Shown: piece by piece, positions 32,167 to 41,586 of the stretch | How the letters are laid out: each line of letters opens with the position of its first letter | Position numbering within the stretch: the first letter of the stretch is position 1 | Source: Planctomycetota bacterium | Lineage (GTDB): Bacteria; Planctomycetota; B15-G4 | Assembly (NCBI GenBank): GCA_038212275.1 | Contig: JBBQUR010000009.1 | Span: 96,001 to 160,000 of the forward strand | Length of the DNA stretch: 64,000 nt | Reading direction: 5' to 3' | Translations under genes and position numbers: made by a program | Notes under the pieces: model-generated | What the model saw: only the letters and a program-made list of their open reading frames with translations | The model's database searches: none | What the model was told of the DNA's origin: nothing

Positions 32167-32218
32167 TCCCGAACGGTGGCCCCGAACATCGGCCCCAAAC
32201 CTTGGCCCCGAACCTTGG
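32167..32218 (+). repeat. 13-bp tandem repeat x4 in a 5' leader
   Basis: TCCCGAACGGTGG / CCCCGAACATCGG / CCCCAAACCTTGG / CCCCGAACCTTGG. Confidence 0.85.
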
Positions 32219-32236
32219 CCCTCCGCGAGACCTCGC

Positions 32237-34282
32237 ATGTCCGTGAACACACTGCGCCGCCTGTCCCTGCCGATCTGCGCCCTGTTGTTGTCGGCCAACG
32301 CCTTCGCGCAGAGTGCCGAGGACTCGTTCAACGCGGCCGTCGAGGCCTTCCGCAACGGAGACACGGCTGCCGCGGCCGAGAGCCTCAAGGCCGTGCTCGC
32401 CGAAAACCCGAGTGACGAAGAGGCCTTCCGCATGTGGGAGGCCGTCGAGCAGCAGACCATCAAGGACATGCTGCTTTCGCGCGGCGAACTGGGCGCGCTG
32501 GCCGAGCGCTTCCTGGGCCTGGCGCGCATGGGCCAGCTCGGCATCATCTCCGATCCGGGCAATGCCTCGGAGCTGGTGGACACGCTGCTCAACGGTGACG
32601 GACTCGAGCGCGAGAAGGCCATCCTCAACCTGCGCAGCCAGTTCGGAAGCTGGGCCGTGCCGGCACTGGTGGGACCGCTCGCGGACCGCTCCAGCACCGA
32701 CAACCGCGTTTACGCGATCCAGGCGCTCGTGAACCTCGGCAGCGCCGCCGTGCTCCCGCTCATCGCCACGCTGAAGTCCGACGACGCGCTGCTGCGTCGC
32801 AACGCGGCTGCCGTGCTCGGCACGCTGAAGGACCCGCGCGCGGCCGCCGGCCTCGCATGGATGGCCAGGGACGACAGCGACACCGTCAATCAGCAGGTAG
32901 CGGCCGAAGCGCTGGCCAAGCTCGGCCTGGCGTCCTCGGATCCGGTCGTGCTCTCGCGCGCACTCGCCGAGGGCTACTTCCGCGGCGACTCCGACTTCGT
33001 CGCCCCGTACGGCTCCGCCAGCGTGCTCTGGACGTGGACCGACGGCAAGCTGCAGGGACGCCCGGTGCTCTCCGGCCTGTATCCGCTCGAACTGGCCGAG
33101 TCCTACGCGATGGCCGCGCTGGAGAACGGCGCCGGCGACACGATGCGCCCCATCCTGTCGGCGATCCACGCCGGACAGAAGGCCGAGATCACCGCCGCCT
33201 CCGCGTTGGCGGGCCTGCAGGGCAACGAGCTGCTGACGACCGCGCAGGAGCGCCTGCCCAAGCTCGAGGTCGATCTCGCACTGGCGGGCAGTCATCGCGG
33301 GCGGGGCCTCATCACCTGTCTCGCGGGCGGGCGTCGCCAGGCGCCGGCCGCGATCGCGCTGATGGGCGCCATGGGCGCGAGCCTCGAGGAGCGCCAGGCA
33401 CTCAGGACCGCGCTGCAGGACAACGATGCGTCGGTGGCCTTCGCCGCGGCCTCGGCGCTCGCGCGCCAGGGCGATGCGGACCCCGGTGTCGTGGCGCGGC
33501 TCGCCTCGGGCCTCGCCGGCGTGCCGCCGCGCACGGTCATGTCGCTTGGCGACACCGGCCTGTCGGGCAGCACGGGCGGCTGGCAGCTGCTCACCGATGA
33601 TGCGGTGGCCGAGGGCCTGCTGCGCGCCAAGGCGCTGCCCCGCAAGGACGTCGTCGTCGTGCAGGACGGCTTGCAGGGTGTCACCCTCGACACGCTTGTC
33701 TTCGCGCTCAAGAACGACCCGCGCACCGCGGACGTGCCGCTGATCATCGTCACCGCGGACGTGGATGGCGTCACGGCGCTCTACGGCGAGAAGGTGGCGG
33801 CCGTGGTCGCGACCGCTTCGTGGGCCACCGTGGCTGCTGCTGCCGGCGAACGCAGTGCCGATCAGGCGGCGGCTGCCGAGCGCGCGCGAGGCGCTGCCGA
33901 GGCGCTCGGCCGCCTCCCGGCGGCGATCGTGCGCGCCACGGCCACCGACATCACAGCCGCGCTGGATTCGGCCAACGACGACGCGGTGCGAAGCGCCGTG
34001 CTCCCGCTCGTGGCCTACGCGGGCATCGTCGAGGCGCTGCCTTCCGTGGAATCGCTCGTGCTTGACGAGAGCCTGACGCCGGCGGTCCGCGCCGAGGCGC
34101 TCCGTGCGGCTGCGCGGCTCTGGGCCCTGAACAACGGAGCCGTCGGCGACTCGAACAAGCTCGGGACGGCGCTGCTCGCGATGGTGAGCGGCGAGGACAG
34201 CGCGCTGGCGCTGCCGGCTGCCGAAGCGCTGGGTCAGCTGCGCGGCGTGTCCGACGCGGCCATCGCGGGCGCCGTCCAGTAA
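32237..34282 (+). CDS. Exported HEAT-repeat protein with a receiver-like segment
   Basis: Signal peptide ANAFA|Q, HEAT repeats (LRRNAAAVLG, AAEALAKL) and LKNDPRTADVPLIIVT. Confidence 0.85.
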   Translation: MSVNTLRRLSLPICALLLSANAFAQSAEDSFNAAVEAFRNGDTAAAAESLKAVLAENPSDEEAFRMWEAVEQQTIKDMLLSRGELGALAERFLGLARMGQLGIISDPGNASELVDTLLNGDGLEREKAILNLRSQFGSWAVPALVGPLADRSSTDNRVYAIQALVNLGSAAVLPLIATLKSDDALLRRNAAAVLGTLKDPRAAAGLAWMARDDSDTVNQQVAAEALAKLGLASSDPVVLSRALAEGYFRGDSDFVAPYGSASVLWTWTDGKLQGRPVLSGLYPLELAESYAMAALENGAGDTMRPILSAIHAGQKAEITAASALAGLQGNELLTTAQERLPKLEVDLALAGSHRGRGLITCLAGGRRQAPAAIALMGAMGASLEERQALRTALQDNDASVAFAAASALARQGDADPGVVARLASGLAGVPPRTVMSLGDTGLSGSTGGWQLLTDDAVAEGLLRAKALPRKDVVVVQDGLQGVTLDTLVFALKNDPRTADVPLIIVTADVDGVTALYGEKVAAVVATASWATVAAAAGERSADQAAAAERARGAAEALGRLPAAIVRATATDITAALDSANDDAVRSAVLPLVAYAGIVEALPSVESLVLDESLTPAVRAEALRAAARLWALNNGAVGDSNKLGTALLAMVSGEDSALALPAAEALGQLRGVSDAAIAGAVQ

Positions 34283-34294
34283 GCCGGGTCGGCC

Positions 34295-35200
34295 TCAGGC
34301 TTCGGGAGCGACGGCGCGGCGGACCGGCCAGATCACGAGCAGGACCGCGAGTCCGATGAGGGCTCCGCCGAGCAGTGCGTCGCGCGTGAGGGTTTCTCCC
34401 AGGACCAGGTGACCGGCCATCACTCCCGCCAGCGGCTGCAGGAACACGAAGGGCGCGATGGTGGCCGCGCTGAGGTGGCGCAGCGACGCGTTCCACATGA
34501 GCGTGCCGCCGAAGGACGCGATGATGCCGAGGCCGAGCGTCCACTGCAGAGCCGGCATCAGCGTCGGGCCGCCATGCCACTGGCCGCTCTCGAGCAGCGC
34601 GGCCGGCACCAGCACGGCGCACGACCACAGCATCGACATGAAGGTGATGTCGATCGCGCGGCAGCGTTGCGCGAGTGGCTGCATGAGCGGCGAGTAGAGG
34701 CCCCAGAGAATGCCGTGCGCCGCGAGGATCAGGTTGCCGCGGAGATGGTCGTGCTCGAGCAACCCGCCGAGCGGGGCCTGCTCGAGCACGATGAACAGGG
34801 CACCGGCGAGGCCCGCCAGCAAGCCCGCCGCCTGCAGGCCGCGGATGCGCTCGCCGAGCAGCACGCGCGAAAAGAGCAGGATCGCGGGCGGCTCGAGCAG
34901 GATGAGCACGCTGCCGTTGCCCGACGTGGACCAGCGCAGCCCGACGATTCCGAGCCATAGCGGCAGCGCGTAGGCGACGATGCCGAGCAGCGCGAGTCTC
35001 CGCTGATCCCTGGCGGCGAAGTGCAGGCGCAAGCCGCCGCCGCGCACGGAGAGCAGCGCGATGCAGGCCATGGCGATGAGATTGCGCAGCAGCGTGACCG
35101 TCGCCGGCGGCAGGCCCTCGAGCGCCAGCTTCTGCGCCAGGTAGGTGGAGCCGCCGATGACGTTGGCCAGCACGATCAGCAGGATCGCGAAGGTCTTCAC
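34295..35200 (-). CDS. DMT/EamA family transporter
   Basis: About 10 TM helices in two repeats, LLGERI, FVFLQP...LGETLT; GTG overlaps the NYN gene stop. Confidence 0.92.
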   Translation of the reverse strand: MKTFAILLIVLANVIGGSTYLAQKLALEGLPPATVTLLRNLIAMACIALLSVRGGGLRLHFAARDQRRLALLGIVAYALPLWLGIVGLRWSTSGNGSVLILLEPPAILLFSRVLLGERIRGLQAAGLLAGLAGALFIVLEQAPLGGLLEHDHLRGNLILAAHGILWGLYSPLMQPLAQRCRAIDITFMSMLWSCAVLVPAALLESGQWHGGPTLMPALQWTLGLGIIASFGGTLMWNASLRHLSAATIAPFVFLQPLAGVMAGHLVLGETLTRDALLGGALIGLAVLLVIWPVRRAVAPEA

Positions 35201-35559
35201 CGCCTGAGGAACTGGTCCGGCGCCATGATCTTCGCGCCGAGCTGGCGGCTCTTGCCGGTGACCTCGCGGTCGCGGCTGACAACGCAGACGTCGCGTGGGT
35301 TCGGCGCGTCGTAGACCGCGTCGACGATGGCATCGTCCGCCGACGGCACGTTGAACTGCGTGCACCAGCCGAGGGGCTCGCGCGCCGGGATCGACGGGTT
35401 GGGGCGGCGCACGTCCCAGTAGACATCCACCCGGGTGGCGTTCTTCGGCATCCCGGCCTTCAGGGCGACCAGCAGGCGCGCGCGGAGCTGCTCGGGCAGC
35501 AGCTCGTCGTCGCGCAGCAGCCAGTGAGCGAGGTTGTAGCCGTCAATGAGGTAGCGCAC
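35197..35559 (-). CDS. YacP/Rae1-like NYN-domain protein
   Basis: LIDGYNL, VYWD, SADDAI and VVSRDRE acidic active-site motifs. Confidence 0.85.
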   Translation of the reverse strand: MRYLIDGYNLAHWLLRDDELLPEQLRARLLVALKAGMPKNATRVDVYWDVRRPNPSIPAREPLGWCTQFNVPSADDAIVDAVYDAPNPRDVCVVSRDREVTGKSRQLGAKIMAPDQFLRR

Positions 35560-35622
35560 GGGGGCGGAATCATAGTCCCTATGGCGGCCCGGCCGTCTTT
35601 GCTAAGGTTCCCGCCCTGCCCG

Positions 35623-35697
35623 GCCGGGGTAGCTCAGCGGTAGAGCACGGCTTTCGTAAAGCTGAGGTCGTGGGTTCGATTCCCATCCCCGGCTCCA
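35623..35697 (+). tRNA. tRNA-Thr(CGT)
   Basis: GCCGGGG/CCCCGGC acceptor stem, D-arm AGCTCAGCGGTAGAGC, anticodon loop TTCGTAA, GGTTCGATTCC, encoded CCA. Confidence 0.97.
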
Positions 35698-35768
35698 TTC
35701 GCTCCGCGATCGTGCACGCCGCACGTCTCGCCGGATGGAGCGCCGGGCGCAGGCAACACGCCAACGGG

Positions 35769-36446
35769 TCAGCGGGGCTCGAAGACGAGCAGCACGCGTG
35801 CGCCCGCTTCGCCCGGCAGGCTGGCCTCCCGGCGCCCGGTCAGCGCAAAGCCCAGACGTGCGAGGCGCGGCGTGACCGTGGCCAGCTCCTTGTCGGCGAA
35901 GGGGCCCTTGAGCAGCACGAGACGCTGCATGCGTTTGCGCACCTTGCGCAGCCGTTCGAGCAGCTCGGCGGTCTCGCTCACCGCGCGCACGATGACCGTG
36001 TCCACCGAGTGCGCCGCCAGCCATTCCTCGCCGCGAGCGTGCACGGCGGTGACTCGCGGCGACAATCCGAGCTGCTTCACGATGCCGTCCAGCGCGGCCA
36101 CCTTGCGCTCGCGCGACTCCACGAGCGCAACGGTCAGGTCGGGGCGTGCGATGGCGAGCGGAATGCCGGGAATGCCGCCGCCCGAGCCCAGATCCATGAG
36201 TGTCGTGGTTCCTTCGAGCAGCGGCAGCGCGAGCAGGCTGTCGAGCACGTGGCGCACGGCCATGCCCTCGGCGTCCGTGATGCCGGTCAGGTTGATCGTC
36301 TCGTTGGTGGCGGCGAGCACCTCGCAGAAGCGCGCGAGGTCGATCGCGAGGCGGCTGCGCGCTTCATGGCCCCCCGGAGCGTCAGGTTCTCCGGGCATGT
36401 GGGGGAGCAGAACCGCGGCGATGGAGTGCGCGAAAGCGGATGGCAT
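35769..36446 (-). CDS. rsmG: 16S rRNA m7G527 methyltransferase
   Basis: INLTGI, RHVLDSL, DLGSGGGIPGIPLAI, VES..RK, RAV and LKG motifs. Confidence 0.93.
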   Translation of the reverse strand: MPSAFAHSIAAVLLPHMPGEPDAPGGHEARSRLAIDLARFCEVLAATNETINLTGITDAEGMAVRHVLDSLLALPLLEGTTTLMDLGSGGGIPGIPLAIARPDLTVALVESRERKVAALDGIVKQLGLSPRVTAVHARGEEWLAAHSVDTVIVRAVSETAELLERLRKVRKRMQRLVLLKGPFADKELATVTPRLARLGFALTGRREASLPGEAGARVLLVFEPR

Positions 36447-36593
36447 GGACAGGCCCCGGGGTCGACTGGACACTAGAGGCTGGCTGGCGGCGCGCGCTGC
36501 TGCAAGCCCGCCGGGCCCCGGGTGCCCGGCCGCCCGCCGACGCTCTCCGCATTGGCCTTCCCGGACCTCCGGCCCCCTGGACACTCCTCACCG

Positions 36594-36911
36594 ATGAGCC
36601 TCGACCGCATCGCACGATTCGCCGCCCTCGTGGCGAAGGAGCCGGACAATCCGTTGCACAACTTCGCGCTCGCACAGGCCTGCCTGGGGGCCGGCGACTG
36701 GGCCGCCGCCGAGGCCGCCTACGCACGCTGCCTGACGCTCAAGCCCGACTGGATGACCGCCGCGATCAAGCGGGGGCGCTGCCTCATCGAACTGGAGCGC
36801 TGGGACGAGGCCCGTTCCACACTGGACCTCGGGGCCGACCTGGCGACGAAGCAGGGCCACGACGAGCCCTGGGCCGAGATCCGCGAGTTGATGGCCCAGC
36901 TCCCCGACTGA
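36594..36911 (+). CDS. Small TPR protein
   Basis: DRIARF...EPDNPLHNFALA...CLTLKPDW pattern; 105 aa. Confidence 0.8.
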   Translation: MSLDRIARFAALVAKEPDNPLHNFALAQACLGAGDWAAAEAAYARCLTLKPDWMTAAIKRGRCLIELERWDEARSTLDLGADLATKQGHDEPWAEIRELMAQLPD

Positions 36912-37060
36912 CCGCGGATCGGCGCAGCCCGGTCCCCGCGGCGCGGCCCATTTCCGCGGCGCACGGGCGTTGCTACGCTACTCCGCTTTCGCGGCGCCTT
37001 GCGCAAGCGGGCGCTGCCGCACGCCACCGCACGCTTCCACCGCCGTCCAGGCGGGGACTT

Positions 37061-37115
37061 CAAGGCACCTCGCCCGAAGGCATCGCTCCCAAAGGCACGC
37101 TCCCAAAGGCACCCT
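37061..37115 (+). repeat. Imperfect tandem repeat of about 14 bp abutting the oxidoreductase start codon
   Basis: CAAGGCACCTCG / CCCGAAGGCATCGCT / CCCAAAGGCACGCT / CCCAAAGGCACCCT, then GC-ATG. Confidence 0.75.
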
Positions 37116-37117
37116 GC

Positions 37118-38923
37118 ATGGCACCGCCGGTCATCAACGACTTCACCCTCGCTGTCGCCACCGTGAACGGTTCGGGCAGCGCCTCCTCCAACACGATCCT
37201 CGCGAAGACCATCTTCCGCATGGGCGTGCCGGTGGCGCCGAAGAACCTGTTCCCCAGCAACATCGCGGGATTGCCCACCTGGTATCTCGTGCGCGTCAGC
37301 GAGCGCGGCTGGCAGTCGCGCAGCGGGCGCCGCGAGTTCACCGTGGCCTTCAACGAGGCCACCGTCGCGCAGGACATCAAGCTGGTGACGCCGGGCGGCG
37401 TGCTCGTCATCGACGAGGACCTGTCGGCGAGCAAGGCCGTCGGCCGTGACGACATCACGGTGTTCGTGGTGCCGATGGCCGCCATCGCCAAGGACTTCGG
37501 CCCGGACCCGCGCCTGCGCAAGCTGCTCGCCAACATGGTCTACGTCGGCGTGGTCGCGGAGCTCCTCGGTCTCGACATGACCGTGCTCGAGCAGACGCTC
37601 GCCGACCAGTTCAACGGCAAGGCCAAGGTGGTGAAGCTCAACCTCGATGTCGTCCACGCCGGCGTGAAGTACGCCCGCGAGCATTTCGACAAGGCCAGCT
37701 GTCCCTTCCGCGTGCAGTCGCGCCAGCTGACCGACGGCAAGATCCTCATCGAGGGCAACGCGGCCACCGCTCTGGGCGCGCTGGTCGGCGGCGCGACCGT
37801 ATGCGCGTGGTATCCGATCACGCCGTCGTCCAGCGTGTGCGAGGGCTTCATCGACCTCGCCAAGGAATACCGCGTCGACAAGACCACCGGCGAGGCGCGC
37901 TTCGCGCAGATCCAGGCCGAGGACGAGCTGGCCAGCATCGGCCTCGTCATGGGGGCGGGCTGGGCCGGCGCGCGCGCGTTCACCGCGACTGCGGGCCCCG
38001 GCATCTCGCTCATGGCGGAGCTCGTGGGCTTCGGTTACTACGCGGAAATCCCCGGCGTCATCGTGGACGTGCAGCGCGTCGGGCCGTCCACCGGCATGCC
38101 CACGCGCACTCAGCAGAGCGACATCAAGAGCTGCTACCGGCTCTCGCACGGCGACACCGAGCACATCGTGCTGCTGCCCTCCGGCCCGCAGGAGCTGTAC
38201 GAGCTCACGGCGCAGTCCTTCGACATCGCCGAGCGCTACCAGACTCCGGTGTTCGTGCTCACGGACCTCGACATGGGCATGAACATCTGGATGGCTGACA
38301 CCTTCCCGCTGCTCACCGAGCCCTACGACCGCGGCAAGGTGCTCGACAAGGAAGCGCTGAAGGCCGTCGAGAACTTCGGCCGCTACAAGGACGTGGACGG
38401 CGACGGCATCCCGTACCGCACGCTGCCGGGCACGCACCACCCCAAGGCGCCGTACTTCACGCGCGGCAGCGGTCACACCGAGAGCGCCAGCTACACGGAG
38501 GACAGCGACGAGTACAAGGTCGTCCTGGACCGCATCAAGCGGAAGATCACGGGCAGCACGGCGCACACGCCGGCGCCGGTGATCACCGGTGAAGGCGACA
38601 TCGGCCTGATCCACTTCGGCAGCAGCAGCTTCGCCGTGGACGAGGCGCGCGACGTGCTCGCCCGCGAGGGGCTGCGCACGCGCTCCTGCCGGCTGCGCGC
38701 CCTGCCGCTGCACGCCGAGGTGCTCGAGTTCGTGCGCAGCTGCCGCAGCATCTACGTCGTCGAGCAGAACCGCGACGGGCAGCTGACGGACATCATCAGG
38801 CTGGCCGTGCCGGAGTGCATCACCAGGATCCGTTCCATCCTCGAATACGGCGGCATGCCGATGTCGGCCACACCGGTCGTGCAGGCGCTGTCCGTCGGCA
38901 AGCGGGAGCCCGCCCATGTCTGA
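37118..38923 (+). CDS. korA: 2-oxoacid:ferredoxin oxidoreductase alpha subunit (gamma-alpha fusion)
   Basis: NGSGS, WYPITPSS, QAEDELAS, TATAGPGISLM and QRVGPSTGMPTR motifs. Confidence 0.93.
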   Translation: MAPPVINDFTLAVATVNGSGSASSNTILAKTIFRMGVPVAPKNLFPSNIAGLPTWYLVRVSERGWQSRSGRREFTVAFNEATVAQDIKLVTPGGVLVIDEDLSASKAVGRDDITVFVVPMAAIAKDFGPDPRLRKLLANMVYVGVVAELLGLDMTVLEQTLADQFNGKAKVVKLNLDVVHAGVKYAREHFDKASCPFRVQSRQLTDGKILIEGNAATALGALVGGATVCAWYPITPSSSVCEGFIDLAKEYRVDKTTGEARFAQIQAEDELASIGLVMGAGWAGARAFTATAGPGISLMAELVGFGYYAEIPGVIVDVQRVGPSTGMPTRTQQSDIKSCYRLSHGDTEHIVLLPSGPQELYELTAQSFDIAERYQTPVFVLTDLDMGMNIWMADTFPLLTEPYDRGKVLDKEALKAVENFGRYKDVDGDGIPYRTLPGTHHPKAPYFTRGSGHTESASYTEDSDEYKVVLDRIKRKITGSTAHTPAPVITGEGDIGLIHFGSSSFAVDEARDVLAREGLRTRSCRLRALPLHAEVLEFVRSCRSIYVVEQNRDGQLTDIIRLAVPECITRIRSILEYGGMPMSATPVVQALSVGKREPAHV

Positions 38924-39959
38924 GACGACTGCCAGCACCAATCACATCGGCCTGGCCCGCGCAGACTACGGCGGCGCCAAGAGCACGCTGTGCCTCGGCT
39001 GCGGACATGACCAGATCACGCGCCACATCATCGCGGCCACGTACGAGTCCGGCGTGGATCCGTACAACGTGGCCAAGACCTCGGGCATCGGCTGCTCGTC
39101 CAAGACCGGCGCGTACTTCATCAACAAGGGCTACGGCATCAACTCGGTGCACGGGCGCATGCCCTCGGTGGCCACCGGCGCGGCCATGGCCAACCGGCAC
39201 CTCGTCGTGCTCGGCGTCTCCGGTGACGGCGACACGGCCAGCATCGGCATGGGGCAGTTCGTGCACGCGGTGCGCCGCAACACGAACATGGTCTACATCG
39301 TCGAGAACAACGGCGTGTACGGCCTGACCAAGGGCCAGTTCTCCGCGACCTCCGACAAGGGCGCCAAGGTCAAGAGCGGCGACGTCAACGACTACGCCGA
39401 CATCGACCTGTGCCAGATCGCGATGGACCTTGGCTGCGGTTTCGTCGCGCGCAGCTTCAGCGGCGACGCCAAGCAGATGGTGGCGCTCATCCGGGCGGCC
39501 ATCGCCCACAAGGGCTTCGCGCTCATCGATGCGATCTCGCCCTGCGTCACGTTCAACAACCTCGCGGACAGCACCAAGGGTTTCGCCTGGCTCAAGGAGC
39601 ACAACGTCACGCTGCACGAGCTCGGTTTCGTTGCACCGTACGACGCGGTGCAGGTGGAGCAGGCGCCCGGCTCGGTCGTCTCCGTGGACATGCCGGACGG
39701 AAGCCACCTCGTCGTGCACAAGCTGGCCGACCAAGAGCACGATCCGACGGACCGTGCCGCGGCCCTGGCCGTGCTCCAGCGGGACCGCGGAGAGGCCGGC
39801 CACGTGTACACGGGCCTGCTGTACTGCGACCCGGCCGCCTCATCGCCGCCCCTGGAGGAGTCCAAGCACCTCCCGGACGCGGCGCTTGCGACGCTGAACG
39901 AGAAGGATCTGCGCCCGAGCCGCGAGCAATTCGCGGAACTGATGGCCTCCTTCCGCTGA
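38916..39959 (+). CDS. korB: 2-oxoacid:ferredoxin oxidoreductase beta subunit
   Basis: LCLGCGH, SGIGCSS, HGR, SGDGD...ENNGVYGLTKGQ TPP motif, SPCVTFN. Confidence 0.93.
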   Translation: MSETTASTNHIGLARADYGGAKSTLCLGCGHDQITRHIIAATYESGVDPYNVAKTSGIGCSSKTGAYFINKGYGINSVHGRMPSVATGAAMANRHLVVLGVSGDGDTASIGMGQFVHAVRRNTNMVYIVENNGVYGLTKGQFSATSDKGAKVKSGDVNDYADIDLCQIAMDLGCGFVARSFSGDAKQMVALIRAAIAHKGFALIDAISPCVTFNNLADSTKGFAWLKEHNVTLHELGFVAPYDAVQVEQAPGSVVSVDMPDGSHLVVHKLADQEHDPTDRAAALAVLQRDRGEAGHVYTGLLYCDPAASSPPLEESKHLPDAALATLNEKDLRPSREQFAELMASFR

Positions 39960-40112
39960 GGCCCGCCACCCCGGCAGAACACCCGCCCCCTCGGCGCACC
40001 AGATGATTGATGTCCGGGCCGCCGGCTGGACGATGAAGAGCGGCTCGTCGGCGCTGGTCGGCGGACGTGCCGCATCAGGCGCGGCGGCAGTCCCGGGACG
40101 GAGTTCGCGAGC

Positions 40113-41582
40113 TTGTTGAAGGATGCCCTCTCCCGCCTCTCGCGCCACACGGTGGTGTATGCGGTGGCGAGCCACGCATCGAAGCTGCTGTCCTTCCTCT
40201 TCATCCCGTTCTACACGACGTACCTCACGGAACGGGACTACGGCATCAAGGAGATGCTGTACACGATGCTCTCGGTGCTCGCCATCCTGGCGGGCTCCAA
40301 CATGGCCAGCGCCATGGCCCGCTTCTACTTCGAGAAGCAGGAGCCTGACTACCGGCGCATGGTCGTGTCGACGGCGCTCATCTCGGTGGCGGGTGCGTCG
40401 CTGCTCGTGGGCAGCCTCATTGCGCTGTTCGCGGCCCCGATCGGGCGGCTGCTCGGGGACGATTTCCCCGGCATGACGCGCCTGGTGCTCGTCGCTCTCG
40501 GCATCCTCGTGCTGCAGACGGTTCGCGAGATGTTCTTCCAGTACCTGCGCACGGAGAACCGCAGCACGCTGTTCACCGCGGTCTCGCTGGTCAAGCTCTG
40601 CATCGAGCTGGGCCTGATGATCTGGTTCGTGGCGGGGCTGCAGCTCGGCGTGCTCGGACTCCTCTACGCCATGCTCATCGGCGAGGCGCTCACGCTGATC
40701 TTCATGAGCTTCCTCGTGCTGCCGGTCATCGGGCTGCGCTTCTCTCCTGCGATTTTCCGCACCCTGGCGCTTTTCGTGCTGCCGCTCGTGCCGACAGGCC
40801 TGCTTCAGTTCTGGCTGCACTCCGGCGACCGCTTCATCCTGAAGGCCGCCACCGACAACACCCAGGTGGGCATCTACAGCCTCGCCTACAACTTCGGCTA
40901 CGTCCCCAACTACGCGTTGCTGACGCCGTTCATGATGGTCTGGTTTCCGTACGTCTTCTCGCTCGCGGACAACGAGAAGAGGCGGAGCATCATCGGCCGT
41001 ATCGCGCCGTACTTCATGTTCGCCATGACCGCCTGCTGCCTGTTCATGTCGCTTCTCGCGCGCGAGGCCGTCGTGCTCATGGCGCGCAAGCCCGGCTTCC
41101 ACGCGGCCTGGCCCGCGGTGCCCCTCATCTGCGCCGGCTACTGGTTCTGGAGTTTCTCCCAGCTGGTCCAGACCGGCTTCTACATCATGAAGCGGACGGA
41201 CATGCTGCCGGTGCTCACCGGCATCGCGGTGGCCGTCAACATCCTGCTGAATCTCGCGCTGATTCCCGAACTTGGATTCATGGGCGCCGCGTGGGCCACG
41301 ATGATCACCTTCGCGCTGCTCGTGATCATGGGCGTGCGCGCCGTGCGCCCGGTCTTCAAGGTGGCCTGGCCCTGGCGTCGGCTGCTCATGCCGGCGCTCT
41401 CGGCCACCGTCCTTTGCGTGGCCGGAGTGCTGGCGGACCTGACGCCCGGTCCGGCCAGCATCGGCATCAAGCTCGCGGCCTTTCTCGCATGGATGTTCTG
41501 GATGCTCGCGGGCGGCTTTCTCGAACGGGACGAACGTCACGCGATCGTGACGGCGCTGCGCAGCCTCAAGCGCAGACGCTAG
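40113..41582 (+). CDS. Wzx-type oligosaccharide flippase
   Basis: About 14 TM helices, LFIPFYTTYLT..DYG, DRFIL..VGIYSLA and NLALIPELGFMGAAWAT. Confidence 0.9.
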   Translation: MLKDALSRLSRHTVVYAVASHASKLLSFLFIPFYTTYLTERDYGIKEMLYTMLSVLAILAGSNMASAMARFYFEKQEPDYRRMVVSTALISVAGASLLVGSLIALFAAPIGRLLGDDFPGMTRLVLVALGILVLQTVREMFFQYLRTENRSTLFTAVSLVKLCIELGLMIWFVAGLQLGVLGLLYAMLIGEALTLIFMSFLVLPVIGLRFSPAIFRTLALFVLPLVPTGLLQFWLHSGDRFILKAATDNTQVGIYSLAYNFGYVPNYALLTPFMMVWFPYVFSLADNEKRRSIIGRIAPYFMFAMTACCLFMSLLAREAVVLMARKPGFHAAWPAVPLICAGYWFWSFSQLVQTGFYIMKRTDMLPVLTGIAVAVNILLNLALIPELGFMGAAWATMITFALLVIMGVRAVRPVFKVAWPWRRLLMPALSATVLCVAGVLADLTPGPASIGIKLAAFLAWMFWMLAGGFLERDERHAIVTALRSLKRRR

Positions 41583-41586
41583 CGCG

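Noticed and set aside
35623..35697. tRNA-Thr as an island integration site
   Set aside because: No integrase, no repeated tRNA 3' end that I could find, and housekeeping rsmG lies directly downstream.
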